Origin: a virus
Taxonomy: Duplodnaviria; Caudoviricetes
Strand: one strand, 5' to 3'
Length of the DNA: 64,000 bases
Virus record (IMG/VR): IMGVR_UViG_3300044901_000083
Location: 3,740 to 67,739 of that record
Below are positions 1 through 8,940 of this stretch, piece by piece (within the stretch, counting starts at the first letter, position 1; each line of letters opens with the position of its first letter). Position numbers and translations under genes: made by a program. The notes beneath the pieces were generated by a model. The model saw nothing but the letters and a program-made list of their open reading frames with translations, ran no database searches and was not told where the DNA came from.

Positions 1-1468
1 CCTTCTCGCCGCGCAGCACGTCCAGCGCGTTGCGCACGTTGCGCGCGATGAAGTCGAGCGCCGCACCGACCGACATCTCGACGCGGTTGTAGTTCAGGTT
101 CGTCAGCCAGGTCGTGTTCGACTTGACCACCTTGAAGCCCTGGGGAGTGTCCTCGACGCAGAGCACGCCCGCCTTGATCAGCACGTCGGTGTCGGTCGGG
201 TTGCGCAGCTTGCGCTCCAGGCCGCGCACCTTCATCGACTTGTTGGTCAGAGGCGTGCCAGGATTGACGCCAGAGGCCATGCCGGAGATCAGCGCGGCCG
301 TCATGTACGGCGGCTGCAGCACCAGGGTGCCGTTGGCGTCGTAGTCGTAGTAGCCGATGTGAACCAGCGACGTACGGTCGCTGTTGATCGCCTTGGCGGC
401 GTCGATCGCGTTCTGGTCGGTGGAGCCGGAGGCCATGCCGCAGACCGCGCGCCGCTCCATGCGGCCCTGGGTGCTCATGAACGCGCAGTGCGTGTCGGCC
501 ATCGCGTGGATGGACGGATCGGAACTCACCGGCGTGATCCACTGCACGTCAGCGGTCTGCAGCGTGGTGAAGGCGCTCGACCATTCGTTGTTCGTCACCG
601 TGCCGTCGCTGCCGCCGGTCAGGTAGGTGAACCCGATGTTCGCCGGCAGAGTGCCGACGTTGGCGACCCGCGTCGCGGTGACGAAGCCCTCGGAGGTGCT
701 GTTGAACCAGTCGACGATCGCCTGGAGGTGCGCGGTGGCGATGTAGTCGGCGGTCTTCACGTCCTGGTTCGACACGAAGTCCAGCCCCTGCAGCGCCGGC
801 TTGGTGCCGTTTCCGTCCTGCACGGACGCGGTGAAGCCGCTCACCACGTTGATGCGATCGACCACCTCCTGGATCGTGTCGTACACCGACAGGTCGATCG
901 TGGCGACCACGCTGCTGTTCGGCGCCTCCAGCGTGATCTGCGTGCCGGTGATCGACATGCGCGCGCTCGCCTGGCCGCCGGTGTAGCGGATCTTGAACGC
1001 GTTCCGCGACACGTTGTCCTGGGTGTAGTAGCTGTTCCCGAACTGGGTGGTCAGCTTCTTGCCTGCAGTGCTGGCAGCCTCGATCTTCACCTTGATCTGG
1101 TTGGTGTAGAGGCCGTAGTCGGTGGACACCAGGTTGATCACGGTCACCGGCGTGGCATCCAGAAGCGCCAGCGAGGCCTGCTGCGCCGGGTTGACACGAA
1201 CCGCCACCACTTCCTGGGGGCTGCCGGTTTGCGAGCTGGGGTCGAACGCCTTCAGGATGGCCGTCAGGAGCTCACCATCCACCAGCGCAGCCTGGGCTTC
1301 TGACGGATTGCCAAAGCGCAACACCGAGTTCGGCTTGCCGCCCACCGAGCGGCCGACCAGCGCTGCGACGTTGCTGACCGTCAGGTTCTTGTTGTAGAGG
1401 GCGCTGTCGTTGACCACCGACCGCGTGGTCGGCGAGATCAGCAGCTGGCCGTCGAAGAAAACAGGCAT
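1..1468 (-). CDS. Contractile tail sheath protein (runs off left edge)
   Basis: Translated by hand from ATG 1468: MPVFFDGQLLISPTTRSVVNDSALY...VGRSVGGKPNSVLRF...GELLTAI...LTGGSDGT...NRVEMSVGAALDFIARNVR; resembles K/A511-type sheath; missing from ORF track because open at edge. Confidence 0.85.
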   Translation of the reverse strand, partial: MPVFFDGQLLISPTTRSVVNDSALYNKNLTVSNVAALVGRSVGGKPNSVLRFGNPSEAQAALVDGELLTAILKAFDPSSQTGSPQEVVAVRVNPAQQASLALLDATPVTVINLVSTDYGLYTNQIKVKIEAASTAGKKLTTQFGNSYYTQDNVSRNAFKIRYTGGQASARMSITGTQITLEAPNSSVVATIDLSVYDTIQEVVDRINVVSGFTASVQDGNGTKPALQGLDFVSNQDVKTADYIATAHLQAIVDWFNSTSEGFVTATRVANVGTLPANIGFTYLTGGSDGTVTNNEWSSAFTTLQTADVQWITPVSSDPSIHAMADTHCAFMSTQGRMERRAVCGMASGSTDQNAIDAAKAINSDRTSLVHIGYYDYDANGTLVLQPPYMTAALISGMASGVNPGTPLTNKSMKVRGLERKLRNPTDTDVLIKAGVLCVEDTPQGFKVVKSNTTWLTNLNYNRVEMSVGAALDFIARNVRNALDVLRGEK

Positions 1469-1479
1469 GATCTACCCCT

Positions 1480-1692
1480 TCAGGCAGGCTTGTTGGCAAA
1501 GGCCTCGAACCGCGAGCGGTAGGCCGACTCGGTGTCCTTGAAGCGCTCGGCGCGCCTCTCGTCGAAATGGAAGCCGCCGATCAGCTCCACGCGCCGATCG
1601 GTCTTCGACAGGCGCGTGCAGAACTCGTCGAGCGTCAGCGCCTCCTCGGTGGGTGCTTCCTTCTCGATCGGCGCGTCAGCTTTCTCTTTCAT
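1480..1692 (-). CDS. Small virion-associated hypothetical protein
   Basis: Likely start MKEK at 1692; lies directly upstream of sheath. Confidence 0.6.
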   Translation of the reverse strand: MKEKADAPIEKEAPTEEALTLDEFCTRLSKTDRRVELIGGFHFDERRAERFKDTESAYRSRFEAFANKPA

Positions 1693-1696
1693 GGGT

Positions 1697-2557
1697 TCAG
1701 CCCTCGACAATGGTTGTGGTGACATCCGCGATCGCAGCGTCGCGGGCGGTGATGACGCGCACCGGCGCCAGGCAGGTGAGGGTGCACATCACCTGGTAGA
1801 CGGGCGCCGGATACTCGGTCAGCGGATCCATGTCCTGCTGCTGGAACTCGATCTGCACCATGCCGGCGGCGTCGAACACCGACAGGTTCGCCACGATCAG
1901 GCGGCGCAGCGACTTGCGCAGCGCGATGCGCTCGTCCGGGTTCTGGGTCCAGCCGACGATCGTCAACTGCACCTTGGCGAGCCAGCCTTCGGTTCCATTC
2001 CACTCGGTGCCGGTCTCGTCGAGCTCGTCGGGCTCGACCATCTCACCAAGGCCGCGCGCGGAGGGCGCCTCGGACTGGAGATGCACGGTGACCATCGGCC
2101 AGCGCGCGTCTTCCCACATCGGAGGCGCGATCAGCACTGGAATGCCGCCGGAGTCCGGGAAAAGCACGCCGGCGGCCACTTCGGTCTGCAGACCGCAGTC
2201 CAGGCGGTCGCGCACCACCGTCAGCACGTCGGTGCTGGCGTCGGCGTAGGCTGCCGCCGGCGCGGCGCCAACAGTCGAGCTGGAGATCCAGGCCGAGCCG
2301 TCCCAGTAGTAGGCGCGGTAGTAGTAGGTGTTGCCATTCAGGAGCGGGTAGACCGCCTGGCCCAGCTGCTGATTGCCAGCGTCTAGCACCACGGACTGGG
2401 TGCCCTGATACACCCTCACGGCGTCAGGATCCGACTCGCCGGTGAAGGTGTCCGCCCCCTTGCGCAGCACGCGCCAATACAGCGCGCCGGCAGGCGGCTG
2501 CAAAAACAGGCGCAGCGCGTTGCCGACCGCGAGGGGGACGACCATGGAAATCGACAT
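1697..2557 (-). CDS. Probable tail terminator/neck protein
   Basis: 286 aa; WPMVTVHLQSE..GLGE, LTIVGWTQNPDERIALRK; position before sheath; own promoter. Confidence 0.55.
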   Translation of the reverse strand: MSISMVVPLAVGNALRLFLQPPAGALYWRVLRKGADTFTGESDPDAVRVYQGTQSVVLDAGNQQLGQAVYPLLNGNTYYYRAYYWDGSAWISSSTVGAAPAAAYADASTDVLTVVRDRLDCGLQTEVAAGVLFPDSGGIPVLIAPPMWEDARWPMVTVHLQSEAPSARGLGEMVEPDELDETGTEWNGTEGWLAKVQLTIVGWTQNPDERIALRKSLRRLIVANLSVFDAAGMVQIEFQQQDMDPLTEYPAPVYQVMCTLTCLAPVRVITARDAAIADVTTTIVEG

Positions 2558-2564
2558 GCTGGCG

Positions 2565-2580
2565 AGTGTGGCGTCACGAC
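2565..2580 (-). promoter_or_regulatory. Late-type promoter motif
   Basis: GTCGTGA-CGC-CACACT, 7 nt before ATG 2557, no SD. Confidence 0.7.
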
Positions 2581-2584
2581 CCGC

Positions 2585-2600
2585 GACGTGACGCTAGGCT
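2585..2600 (+). promoter_or_regulatory. Late-type promoter motif (divergent)
   Basis: GACGTGA-CGC-TAGGCT, 6 nt before ATG 2607, no SD. Confidence 0.7.
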
Positions 2601-2606
2601 CTCGGC

Positions 2607-3461
2607 ATGGCCGAATTCCGCATCTCGATCGACTTGGACGTTGTGCTCGACGCCGCGCACCAGGTGATCAACGAGACGGTGCTGCCGCGCCTGGCGCAGG
2701 CCGCGCGCGCGGTCGCCCAGCAGACGCAGGTGCGCTGGATGGAGTCGGTGGCTCACGCCAAGCTCTGGAGCGGCGAGAAGACCGCCTACATGGAGTCGAT
2801 TCAGCTCCAGCAGACGGGCCCATTCTCCTGGCTGGTCTGGAGCGACTACAAGCACGCCGAGGAGATCGAGACCGGCCGGCCGGCGCGCGACCTGAAGCGC
2901 ATGCTCGACACGAGCCTGAAAGTGCGCACCACCAAGGATGGGCGCCGCTTCCTGGTGATTCCGTTCCGCCACAACACCCCAGGCAACGAGGCTCACGCAC
3001 CGGCGATGCCGGAGCAGATCTACCAGGCGGCCTCGCGGCTCACCGCCAGCAAGGTGTTGAGCACCAGCACCAGGCCAAGCGGCGAGGTGACGGCGCTGAG
3101 CCCGATGGGCATGCGCCCGCTGAAGCAGCAGCGCCCGTTCGCATCGAACCCGAAGACGCGCGGCCCGTACCTGGTGGCGAAGCGAAACTACGAGTGGGGC
3201 GGACGGCTGCCGGCCGCCATATTGGGGCCAAACCCGCAGGGCAAGACGGATCGCTATGCCGGCATGGTGCGCTTCGACGCCAGTGCCGGCGGCAAGCGCT
3301 ACTCCACGTTCATGACTTTCCGCACGATGATGGAGGGCTCCAGCGGCTGGATCGTGCCGGCTCAGCCCGGGCAGCACATCGCCGAGAAGGTGGCGAACGA
3401 GATGCGTCCGCTGGCCGAGCAGGCCTTCACCGAAGCGGTGAAGCGCGACACGTCGCGCTAG
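2607..3461 (+). CDS. Probable neck/tail-completion protein, inverted relative to neighbours
   Basis: 284 aa; basic, YAEEIETG-like segment (KHAEEIETGRPARDLK), RFLVIPFRH, FMTFRTM; within neck genes. Confidence 0.5.
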   Translation: MAEFRISIDLDVVLDAAHQVINETVLPRLAQAARAVAQQTQVRWMESVAHAKLWSGEKTAYMESIQLQQTGPFSWLVWSDYKHAEEIETGRPARDLKRMLDTSLKVRTTKDGRRFLVIPFRHNTPGNEAHAPAMPEQIYQAASRLTASKVLSTSTRPSGEVTALSPMGMRPLKQQRPFASNPKTRGPYLVAKRNYEWGGRLPAAILGPNPQGKTDRYAGMVRFDASAGGKRYSTFMTFRTMMEGSSGWIVPAQPGQHIAEKVANEMRPLAEQAFTEAVKRDTSR

Positions 3462-4099
3462 ACCTTGCCCTGCCGGCCGTACAGGTCGAATTTGCGCAGC
3501 ACCACGCGGCGCGGCAACTGCGCTCCGGAGTGCATGTTCCGGTCGCTGGGGTATTGGCCCCAGCAGAAGTATTCGGCCATGCGCGTGCCGGTGATGGTGT
3601 AGGTGGCGCCAGCAGGCGGGTCATTGTCCGACCAGGTGAGCGTACCGTCGGCCGCGACATCTGGTATTCCACCATCCACGATCGCGCCGACGTCGTTCAG
3701 CCAGAAGACGCGCTCGACGCTCAGCACGGGCCCGTACAGCTTGTCGCCCTGACCGCGCACCAGCGTGTTCGAGAAAACGTCGGTGTTGTCGAGCGCGGTG
3801 ACACGATCGAACTGACCCATGCCATACAGCGGCGTGTCGCTGCCGATGGTGACCACCACGTCGCCGTTTTCCCAGAGGCCGAACTGCGCCCACTCGCGCT
3901 GCGTCTTGCTGCCGGCCATCCCTGCGACGCCGGCGACCGCCCCCACCCAGATGCGCCCGCGGCCGCCGCACTGCGGGCAACCCGGCTTGGAGGCGCCGCT
4001 GTGCGGCGAGATGCACGGACAGGCGTAGGACTTGCGCCACTCGTAGCGCTGCCCGATGTTCGAGAGCCAGCTGTTGAAGGCCGCCGGATTCAAGCGCAT
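3458..4099 (-). CDS. Probable head-closure/neck protein
   Basis: Real start MRLNPAAF at 4099 overlapping upstream stop; CPC...CPQCGGRG motif typical of SPO1-like neck proteins. Confidence 0.6.
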   Translation of the reverse strand: MRLNPAAFNSWLSNIGQRYEWRKSYACPCISPHSGASKPGCPQCGGRGRIWVGAVAGVAGMAGSKTQREWAQFGLWENGDVVVTIGSDTPLYGMGQFDRVTALDNTDVFSNTLVRGQGDKLYGPVLSVERVFWLNDVGAIVDGGIPDVAADGTLTWSDNDPPAGATYTITGTRMAEYFCWGQYPSDRNMHSGAQLPRRVVLRKFDLYGRQGKV

Positions 4100-5208
4100 C
4101 ACAGCACCCCGACGCGAATGCCATGGATGGCCGTCATCAGGCCGCCGTTGGCGCCCTTGGGCCCGTCGATGGTGCGGTCGATCGAGTCGTAATACTTCTC
4201 CATGTCGACCGACAGCGTTTGCGACAGGCCGTCGGCGCTGATCGAGCCGGACGACGGCAGGAACGCGTCGCCGAGGATGTCGAGCACCGCCTGCTTCATC
4301 ACCAGGTTCACCAGGTCGGGCCATTCCGTGGCGGCGTTCTGCAGGCCAGCCACATAGGTCGCCTGCATCATGAACGGGATCGTTCGGCCGCCGGCGATCG
4401 CCTGCGCGATGAGCGAGGCCAGCGGCACCGAGACGGTGACGGCCGACGGCACCAGCTGCACCGTACCGGCCTTCGCGTCGACGCGGATCCAGTCAGCCGG
4501 CACATCGAACAGGCCGGCGGCCGGCGCCGGGTAGGTGAAGCGCAGGCGGTCGACAGAGATCACCGGCTTGTTGCGCAGCTTGAACATGCCCCACGCGTCG
4601 CCCCAGAAGCCGTCGGCGCTGTAGTCGTAGCCTGGATCGAGCTCCCACGGCATGCCGTTGAGCGCGTCGATCTCCTCCTGCGACGGCTGCAGCGGGAAAT
4701 ACTTCGTCGGCTGGAACTTCACGCGCAGCCGGCGCTGCATCGCGGCCTCGGCCGCGATCAGCTTGTCCCAGATGTAGTCGTCGGAAATCTCGACCTTCGG
4801 CATGACGCCGACGGCGGTCAGCAGGAGCCGGTCGCGACGCATCTTCTGGGTGGCGGTGAAGCGGTTCGGGAACAGCGCCGAGCCGAGCGGGGATTGGTTC
4901 TCGTCGTCTTGCTTGACGAAGATCCGCACCGTGAACTGGTCCACGACACCTGCAAAGGATGTCCAGGACGCAACCACGGCGTACCACTGTCCTGGCGTGC
5001 CGCCGTCGATCGCCACGATGGCCTTCGTGCCGTCCACCGAGTGCGATGGCGTGATGACCGATCCGGACGGATACACCGACCACGAGCAATCGACGAGCGT
5101 GTCGCCATCAGCGAGCAGCGGCTTCAGGTCGAAGGAGTAGTTCAGCCGCGCGTCCTTGTCCTTCTCGCGCCAGACCACTTCCTCGTCCACGTTGATCAGC
5201 TCGTCCAA
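4099..5208 (-). CDS. Probable head-tail adaptor protein
   Basis: TTG start after AGGAG; C-terminal LPSSGSISADGLSQTLS and FMMQATYVAG resemble adaptor proteins. Confidence 0.55.
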   Translation of the reverse strand: MDELINVDEEVVWREKDKDARLNYSFDLKPLLADGDTLVDCSWSVYPSGSVITPSHSVDGTKAIVAIDGGTPGQWYAVVASWTSFAGVVDQFTVRIFVKQDDENQSPLGSALFPNRFTATQKMRRDRLLLTAVGVMPKVEISDDYIWDKLIAAEAAMQRRLRVKFQPTKYFPLQPSQEEIDALNGMPWELDPGYDYSADGFWGDAWGMFKLRNKPVISVDRLRFTYPAPAAGLFDVPADWIRVDAKAGTVQLVPSAVTVSVPLASLIAQAIAGGRTIPFMMQATYVAGLQNAATEWPDLVNLVMKQAVLDILGDAFLPSSGSISADGLSQTLSVDMEKYYDSIDRTIDGPKGANGGLMTAIHGIRVGVL

Positions 5209-5239
5209 GATGCTCTCCTGATGATGGTCGATTCTTCCG

Positions 5240-7675
5240 TCACCGGCGGTACAAAACAAACCTGCGGTGCGGCGGCACGTTGTTCGGATTCACGATCCTC
5301 GCGGCCGACTTGACCAGGCGGGCCGGCTTCGGCGTGATGATCACGTTCAGGTGGCCGCACGGCAGATGGTAGGAGCGCCAGAAGTTGATGTTTTGCGGCG
5401 CCACCACGAAGCCGCCGGCATCCAGCGTCAGGCGCGGTCCGACGTTCTCCTCGAATGCGACACCCTGCCCCGCAACCGTGAAAGTGCCGCGCCCGACGAC
5501 CAGGCCGTATGTGCGCTGCCAATCGACGGCGAAGCCGTTGATCGAAACGGCTCCCGGGTTGGCGGCAAGCGTCAGCCGCGACGGAATGAACAGGTTCGCA
5601 TCCCGAAGCGTCAGCGTCAGGAGACCGGCGTCTAGCGCCAAGCGCGCACCGCGCTGCAGGCCGACGGAAGATCCTGTGATCGCAAAGGCGACCCCGGCGG
5701 CTCCCATGTGCAGGCCGATCTCCAGCGTTGCCGGATGCAGGCTGGTGGAGAACGATCCAAGACCAGACGGCAGAGCAAGACCGCGCGCCAGGCCGGTCGC
5801 GGGCCCGGAAACGTTGAAGCTGCCCGCGCTCGCGGCAAAACGCGATGATGTCGAGACCCCGAGCGACGCTGCGATGCCGTTGACGTTGATCGTCGCGGCA
5901 GACGCGGTGACCACGCGGGACATCTTCAGGGCCGCGGCGCCACCGTTCACAACGATGTCGCCGCGCGCCAGGATCTCCAGGAATCCGCGGCGCAGTCCCG
6001 CCGGCTGCCCGTTGCAGGTGAAGGAACCCGTGTTCTCTGGAGCAATGTAGGCGCGTCGCAGCGCGGTCGCGGGGGCGGTGATGCTGAAATTCGCGACCGT
6101 CACCACGGCGATCCGGCCGAGGCGCAACGAAGCGCTTTGCGGAGTGGCGGCGAGGCTTGCGACCGCAGCCACGAGCTTGCGCGTGACGACCAGGGCGGCG
6201 GGATAGCTCGCGACGGCAATGCTTCCGAGGCCGGCCGACACCGCCAGATCCGCGGTGGATTGGGCGCCCGTGATCGTGAACAGGGCGCCGTCTGCCGGCA
6301 TCACTCGGCCGCTTCCGGCCAGGCCGACATTCTGGCCTGCGACGACAAACGCTCCCACGCTGGCGGTCATCGCCAGATCGGACGACGACGGCGCTCCGGC
6401 GATCGCGAAGGAGCCCATCCCAGCGATCACCTGGTAGCCCCGCCGCAAGACGGCGGCAATGCCGCTGACGCTCAGGGCGCCGTAAGCCGCCTGCAGGATG
6501 AAGCCGCGCCGCAGCGGGGTATTGATGCCGGTGGTAGAGAAGTCCCCTCGACCGGCGCTCAGCTTCAGACCGCGCGCCAGGCCCGCGGGGCGCATCGAGA
6601 TCGCGAACTGGCCCAGGTCGGCCGTCATGCTCACCGCGCCGGTGAACTGCATGATCAGGCCGAGGTGCGGCAGTGGCGCAGGGTTGCCTGAAGACGGGCG
6701 TGGCGCGTAGACCAGTGCGGCCGGCTGCCCACCGATGGAGAACGATCCGCTCGCGGCCGTCAGCGTGAACGCGCGGGCAAGGCGCGCCGCCTGCCCCGCA
6801 ACTGAGAACGAGGCGCCGGAGGCCGCAGTTCCGGTCGCCCGACGCAGCGCGGCCGCCTGCCCCGCAATCGCAAACGATGCCTGCCCAGCAAGCAGAGGGT
6901 AGCCACGCCGCAGGCCGGCCGCCTCGCCGGTGATGGCAAACGCCGCCTGGTCGGCCACCAGGGTTCGTGCGGCGCTGGCGGCCGCCAGCAGCATGCCGAT
7001 ATGCGGCAGCGGAGCCGGGTTTGCGCCGCGCGCCAACTTGCCGAGATCGATGTCCTGGCCGGTGACCGTGAAGGATCCAGGACCAGCGCTCAGCGACAGG
7101 TCGCGCCGCGGCAGGATTTCGACCGTTGCGCTGCGCCAGCCCGAGCTGGTGCCGCCCACCGCCACCGTGGCGCCAGCCCACGACGCCACGCCGCCGTTGG
7201 TGTCGTGCCCAGCCACCTCGGCCGTTGCGTCCACCAGCGTGGAGCGGTTGAACATGCCGACGGGCGGCGTCTCCAGCGTCGTGTTGGTGCTGCGGTGCCC
7301 CGCGAAGCCGACCACCCAGGAGGTGCCGTCGGGCCGCTGCAGCGTCAGCGCCGGGTAGTTGACCGTCGTGCTGGCCGCGCCGTCGACGTTGCTGACGCCG
7401 ACGCCGATGGCACCACGGTAGACATGGAACACCACCTCGGTGGCATTGGTCCACGTTCCGCTGGATGTTCCAGGCGCGGTGGCGACCAGGTACGCCAGGC
7501 GCGCGCTGTTGGTGTTCGCGCCGCCGTTCTGCAGGTTGGTCCAGCCGGCCGGCAGCGACGGCGCGGTGTTGTTGCCGTCGCGATAGGCCCAGGCGACGAT
7601 GATGTCGCCGGCCTGGTGCGTTGGCAGGGTGGCACTGGTGGTGCCAGTTGCCTGGCCGACGAAGGTCAGTGCCAT
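5240..7675 (-). CDS. Gly/Ala-rich repetitive virion fibre/appendage protein
   Basis: 811 aa; many GxFxxxGQxAxLxR-like repeats. Confidence 0.6.
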   Translation of the reverse strand: MALTFVGQATGTTSATLPTHQAGDIIVAWAYRDGNNTAPSLPAGWTNLQNGGANTNSARLAYLVATAPGTSSGTWTNATEVVFHVYRGAIGVGVSNVDGAASTTVNYPALTLQRPDGTSWVVGFAGHRSTNTTLETPPVGMFNRSTLVDATAEVAGHDTNGGVASWAGATVAVGGTSSGWRSATVEILPRRDLSLSAGPGSFTVTGQDIDLGKLARGANPAPLPHIGMLLAAASAARTLVADQAAFAITGEAAGLRRGYPLLAGQASFAIAGQAAALRRATGTAASGASFSVAGQAARLARAFTLTAASGSFSIGGQPAALVYAPRPSSGNPAPLPHLGLIMQFTGAVSMTADLGQFAISMRPAGLARGLKLSAGRGDFSTTGINTPLRRGFILQAAYGALSVSGIAAVLRRGYQVIAGMGSFAIAGAPSSSDLAMTASVGAFVVAGQNVGLAGSGRVMPADGALFTITGAQSTADLAVSAGLGSIAVASYPAALVVTRKLVAAVASLAATPQSASLRLGRIAVVTVANFSITAPATALRRAYIAPENTGSFTCNGQPAGLRRGFLEILARGDIVVNGGAAALKMSRVVTASAATINVNGIAASLGVSTSSRFAASAGSFNVSGPATGLARGLALPSGLGSFSTSLHPATLEIGLHMGAAGVAFAITGSSVGLQRGARLALDAGLLTLTLRDANLFIPSRLTLAANPGAVSINGFAVDWQRTYGLVVGRGTFTVAGQGVAFEENVGPRLTLDAGGFVVAPQNINFWRSYHLPCGHLNVIITPKPARLVKSAARIVNPNNVPPHRRFVLYRR

Positions 7676-7702
7676 TTCAGTCCGCGTTCGTCAGCGGCTG
7701 CG

Positions 7703-8167
7703 TCACACGTAGCCCAGGTTCACCACGATCTCGTTGGCCGCCACGGCACCGGTGTCGGTGTCGGCCGCGCCGGTCGTCAAGCCAATCCCGATGCCGAGGG
7801 AGAAATCCAGCGCTGGGTCGAGCGCGATCACGGCGCCGCCGCCGGCGGTGCTGCCAGGGATGCAGATTGTCCAGGCTGGAGCGTCTGTGCCAACGGTAGG
7901 TGCAGTCGCCTTGTTGTAGAGCTTCAGGTAACGCGGCGCGGCGTTGGTGTTGGTCACCACGATGGCGGTGATGCAGCCGGGCGCGTTCTTCACCAAGGTC
8001 GCATTCGTGCTGGCGCCAGAGATAAGCTTGAACGGCGTCGCCACATCGGCCGCCTGGCTGTCGCGACCGACCGATCGCTTGATGCGCGGAAACTGGATGC
8101 CGCCGACATCATCGGATGCAAACGTGGCGCCGCCAACGCCGGGGTTGGTGACGAAGTTGTCGGACAT
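7703..8167 (-). CDS. Virion appendage protein (hypothetical)
   Basis: Start MSDNFVTNPG at 8167; beta-rich C-terminal domain. Confidence 0.55.
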   Translation of the reverse strand: MSDNFVTNPGVGGATFASDDVGGIQFPRIKRSVGRDSQAADVATPFKLISGASTNATLVKNAPGCITAIVVTNTNAAPRYLKLYNKATAPTVGTDAPAWTICIPGSTAGGGAVIALDPALDFSLGIGIGLTTGAADTDTGAVAANEIVVNLGYV

Positions 8168-8193
8168 GATGAACCTTTCTGTGCTGGTGGATG

Positions 8194-8940
8194 TCAGCCA
8201 ATGCCGAGCATCATGAGACGCGGCGGAACGACGACGCCGCCGCCGCCCGACACGACGAACGATGCCGCGTACATCGCCAGGTAGGGGTGAGCTCCCGGGC
8301 CGGCGGTGTAGCCCATCTGCGCCGTCGTTCCCGACTGGCCCGCGGACTGGTTGATGCGCTCGCCAAGGCACAACGTGACCGAGGTCGCCGACTTCTCAAT
8401 GAAGGTGTCGCTTCCGAAGTCGATCGACGACGCAACGTCCGCCGGGTAGCGCTCGCCACCCATCAGCACGATCACACCAGGGCCAGCCGTGTTGAACGAT
8501 GGAGTGACGATCGGCGACACGTCGTAGTCGCCCGTCACCGGATTGGTTCCGGATGCGTCGTAAGACCAGGTGCCCGTGCTCGTGTTGTACTGGACGACCT
8601 TGAGGTTCAAGTACGCCGAGTTGCCGGCATTGACCGATGCCGTGAACTGGTTCGCGGCCTGGGCTGGCGCGCTCAGGCAATAGAACAGCGACAGCTTGTC
8701 GTTGACACCGGTGCCGAAGAAGGTCACATCGGCAAGTGGCGTCATCGGCGTTCCGCCGCTCGCCAGGTCGGTCAGGTTGATCGCGCTCGCGCCGTCGCCG
8801 GCCTCCCACCGCACGCCTGCGATGAGGAGATTGCCTGCCGCCTGGTCAAAGGCGGCAGACTGCACGCTCGTTGGGAACGAGCCGCCGCTGATGTCGTACT
8901 CGTAGTTGCCCTGCGCGACTGAAACACGGGTGATCGTCAT
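8194..8940 (-). CDS. Virion appendage protein (beta-rich)
   Basis: 248 aa; ends GGGGVVVPPRLMMLGIG. Confidence 0.6.
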   Translation of the reverse strand: MTITRVSVAQGNYEYDISGGSFPTSVQSAAFDQAAGNLLIAGVRWEAGDGASAINLTDLASGGTPMTPLADVTFFGTGVNDKLSLFYCLSAPAQAANQFTASVNAGNSAYLNLKVVQYNTSTGTWSYDASGTNPVTGDYDVSPIVTPSFNTAGPGVIVLMGGERYPADVASSIDFGSDTFIEKSATSVTLCLGERINQSAGQSGTTAQMGYTAGPGAHPYLAMYAASFVVSGGGGVVVPPRLMMLGIG

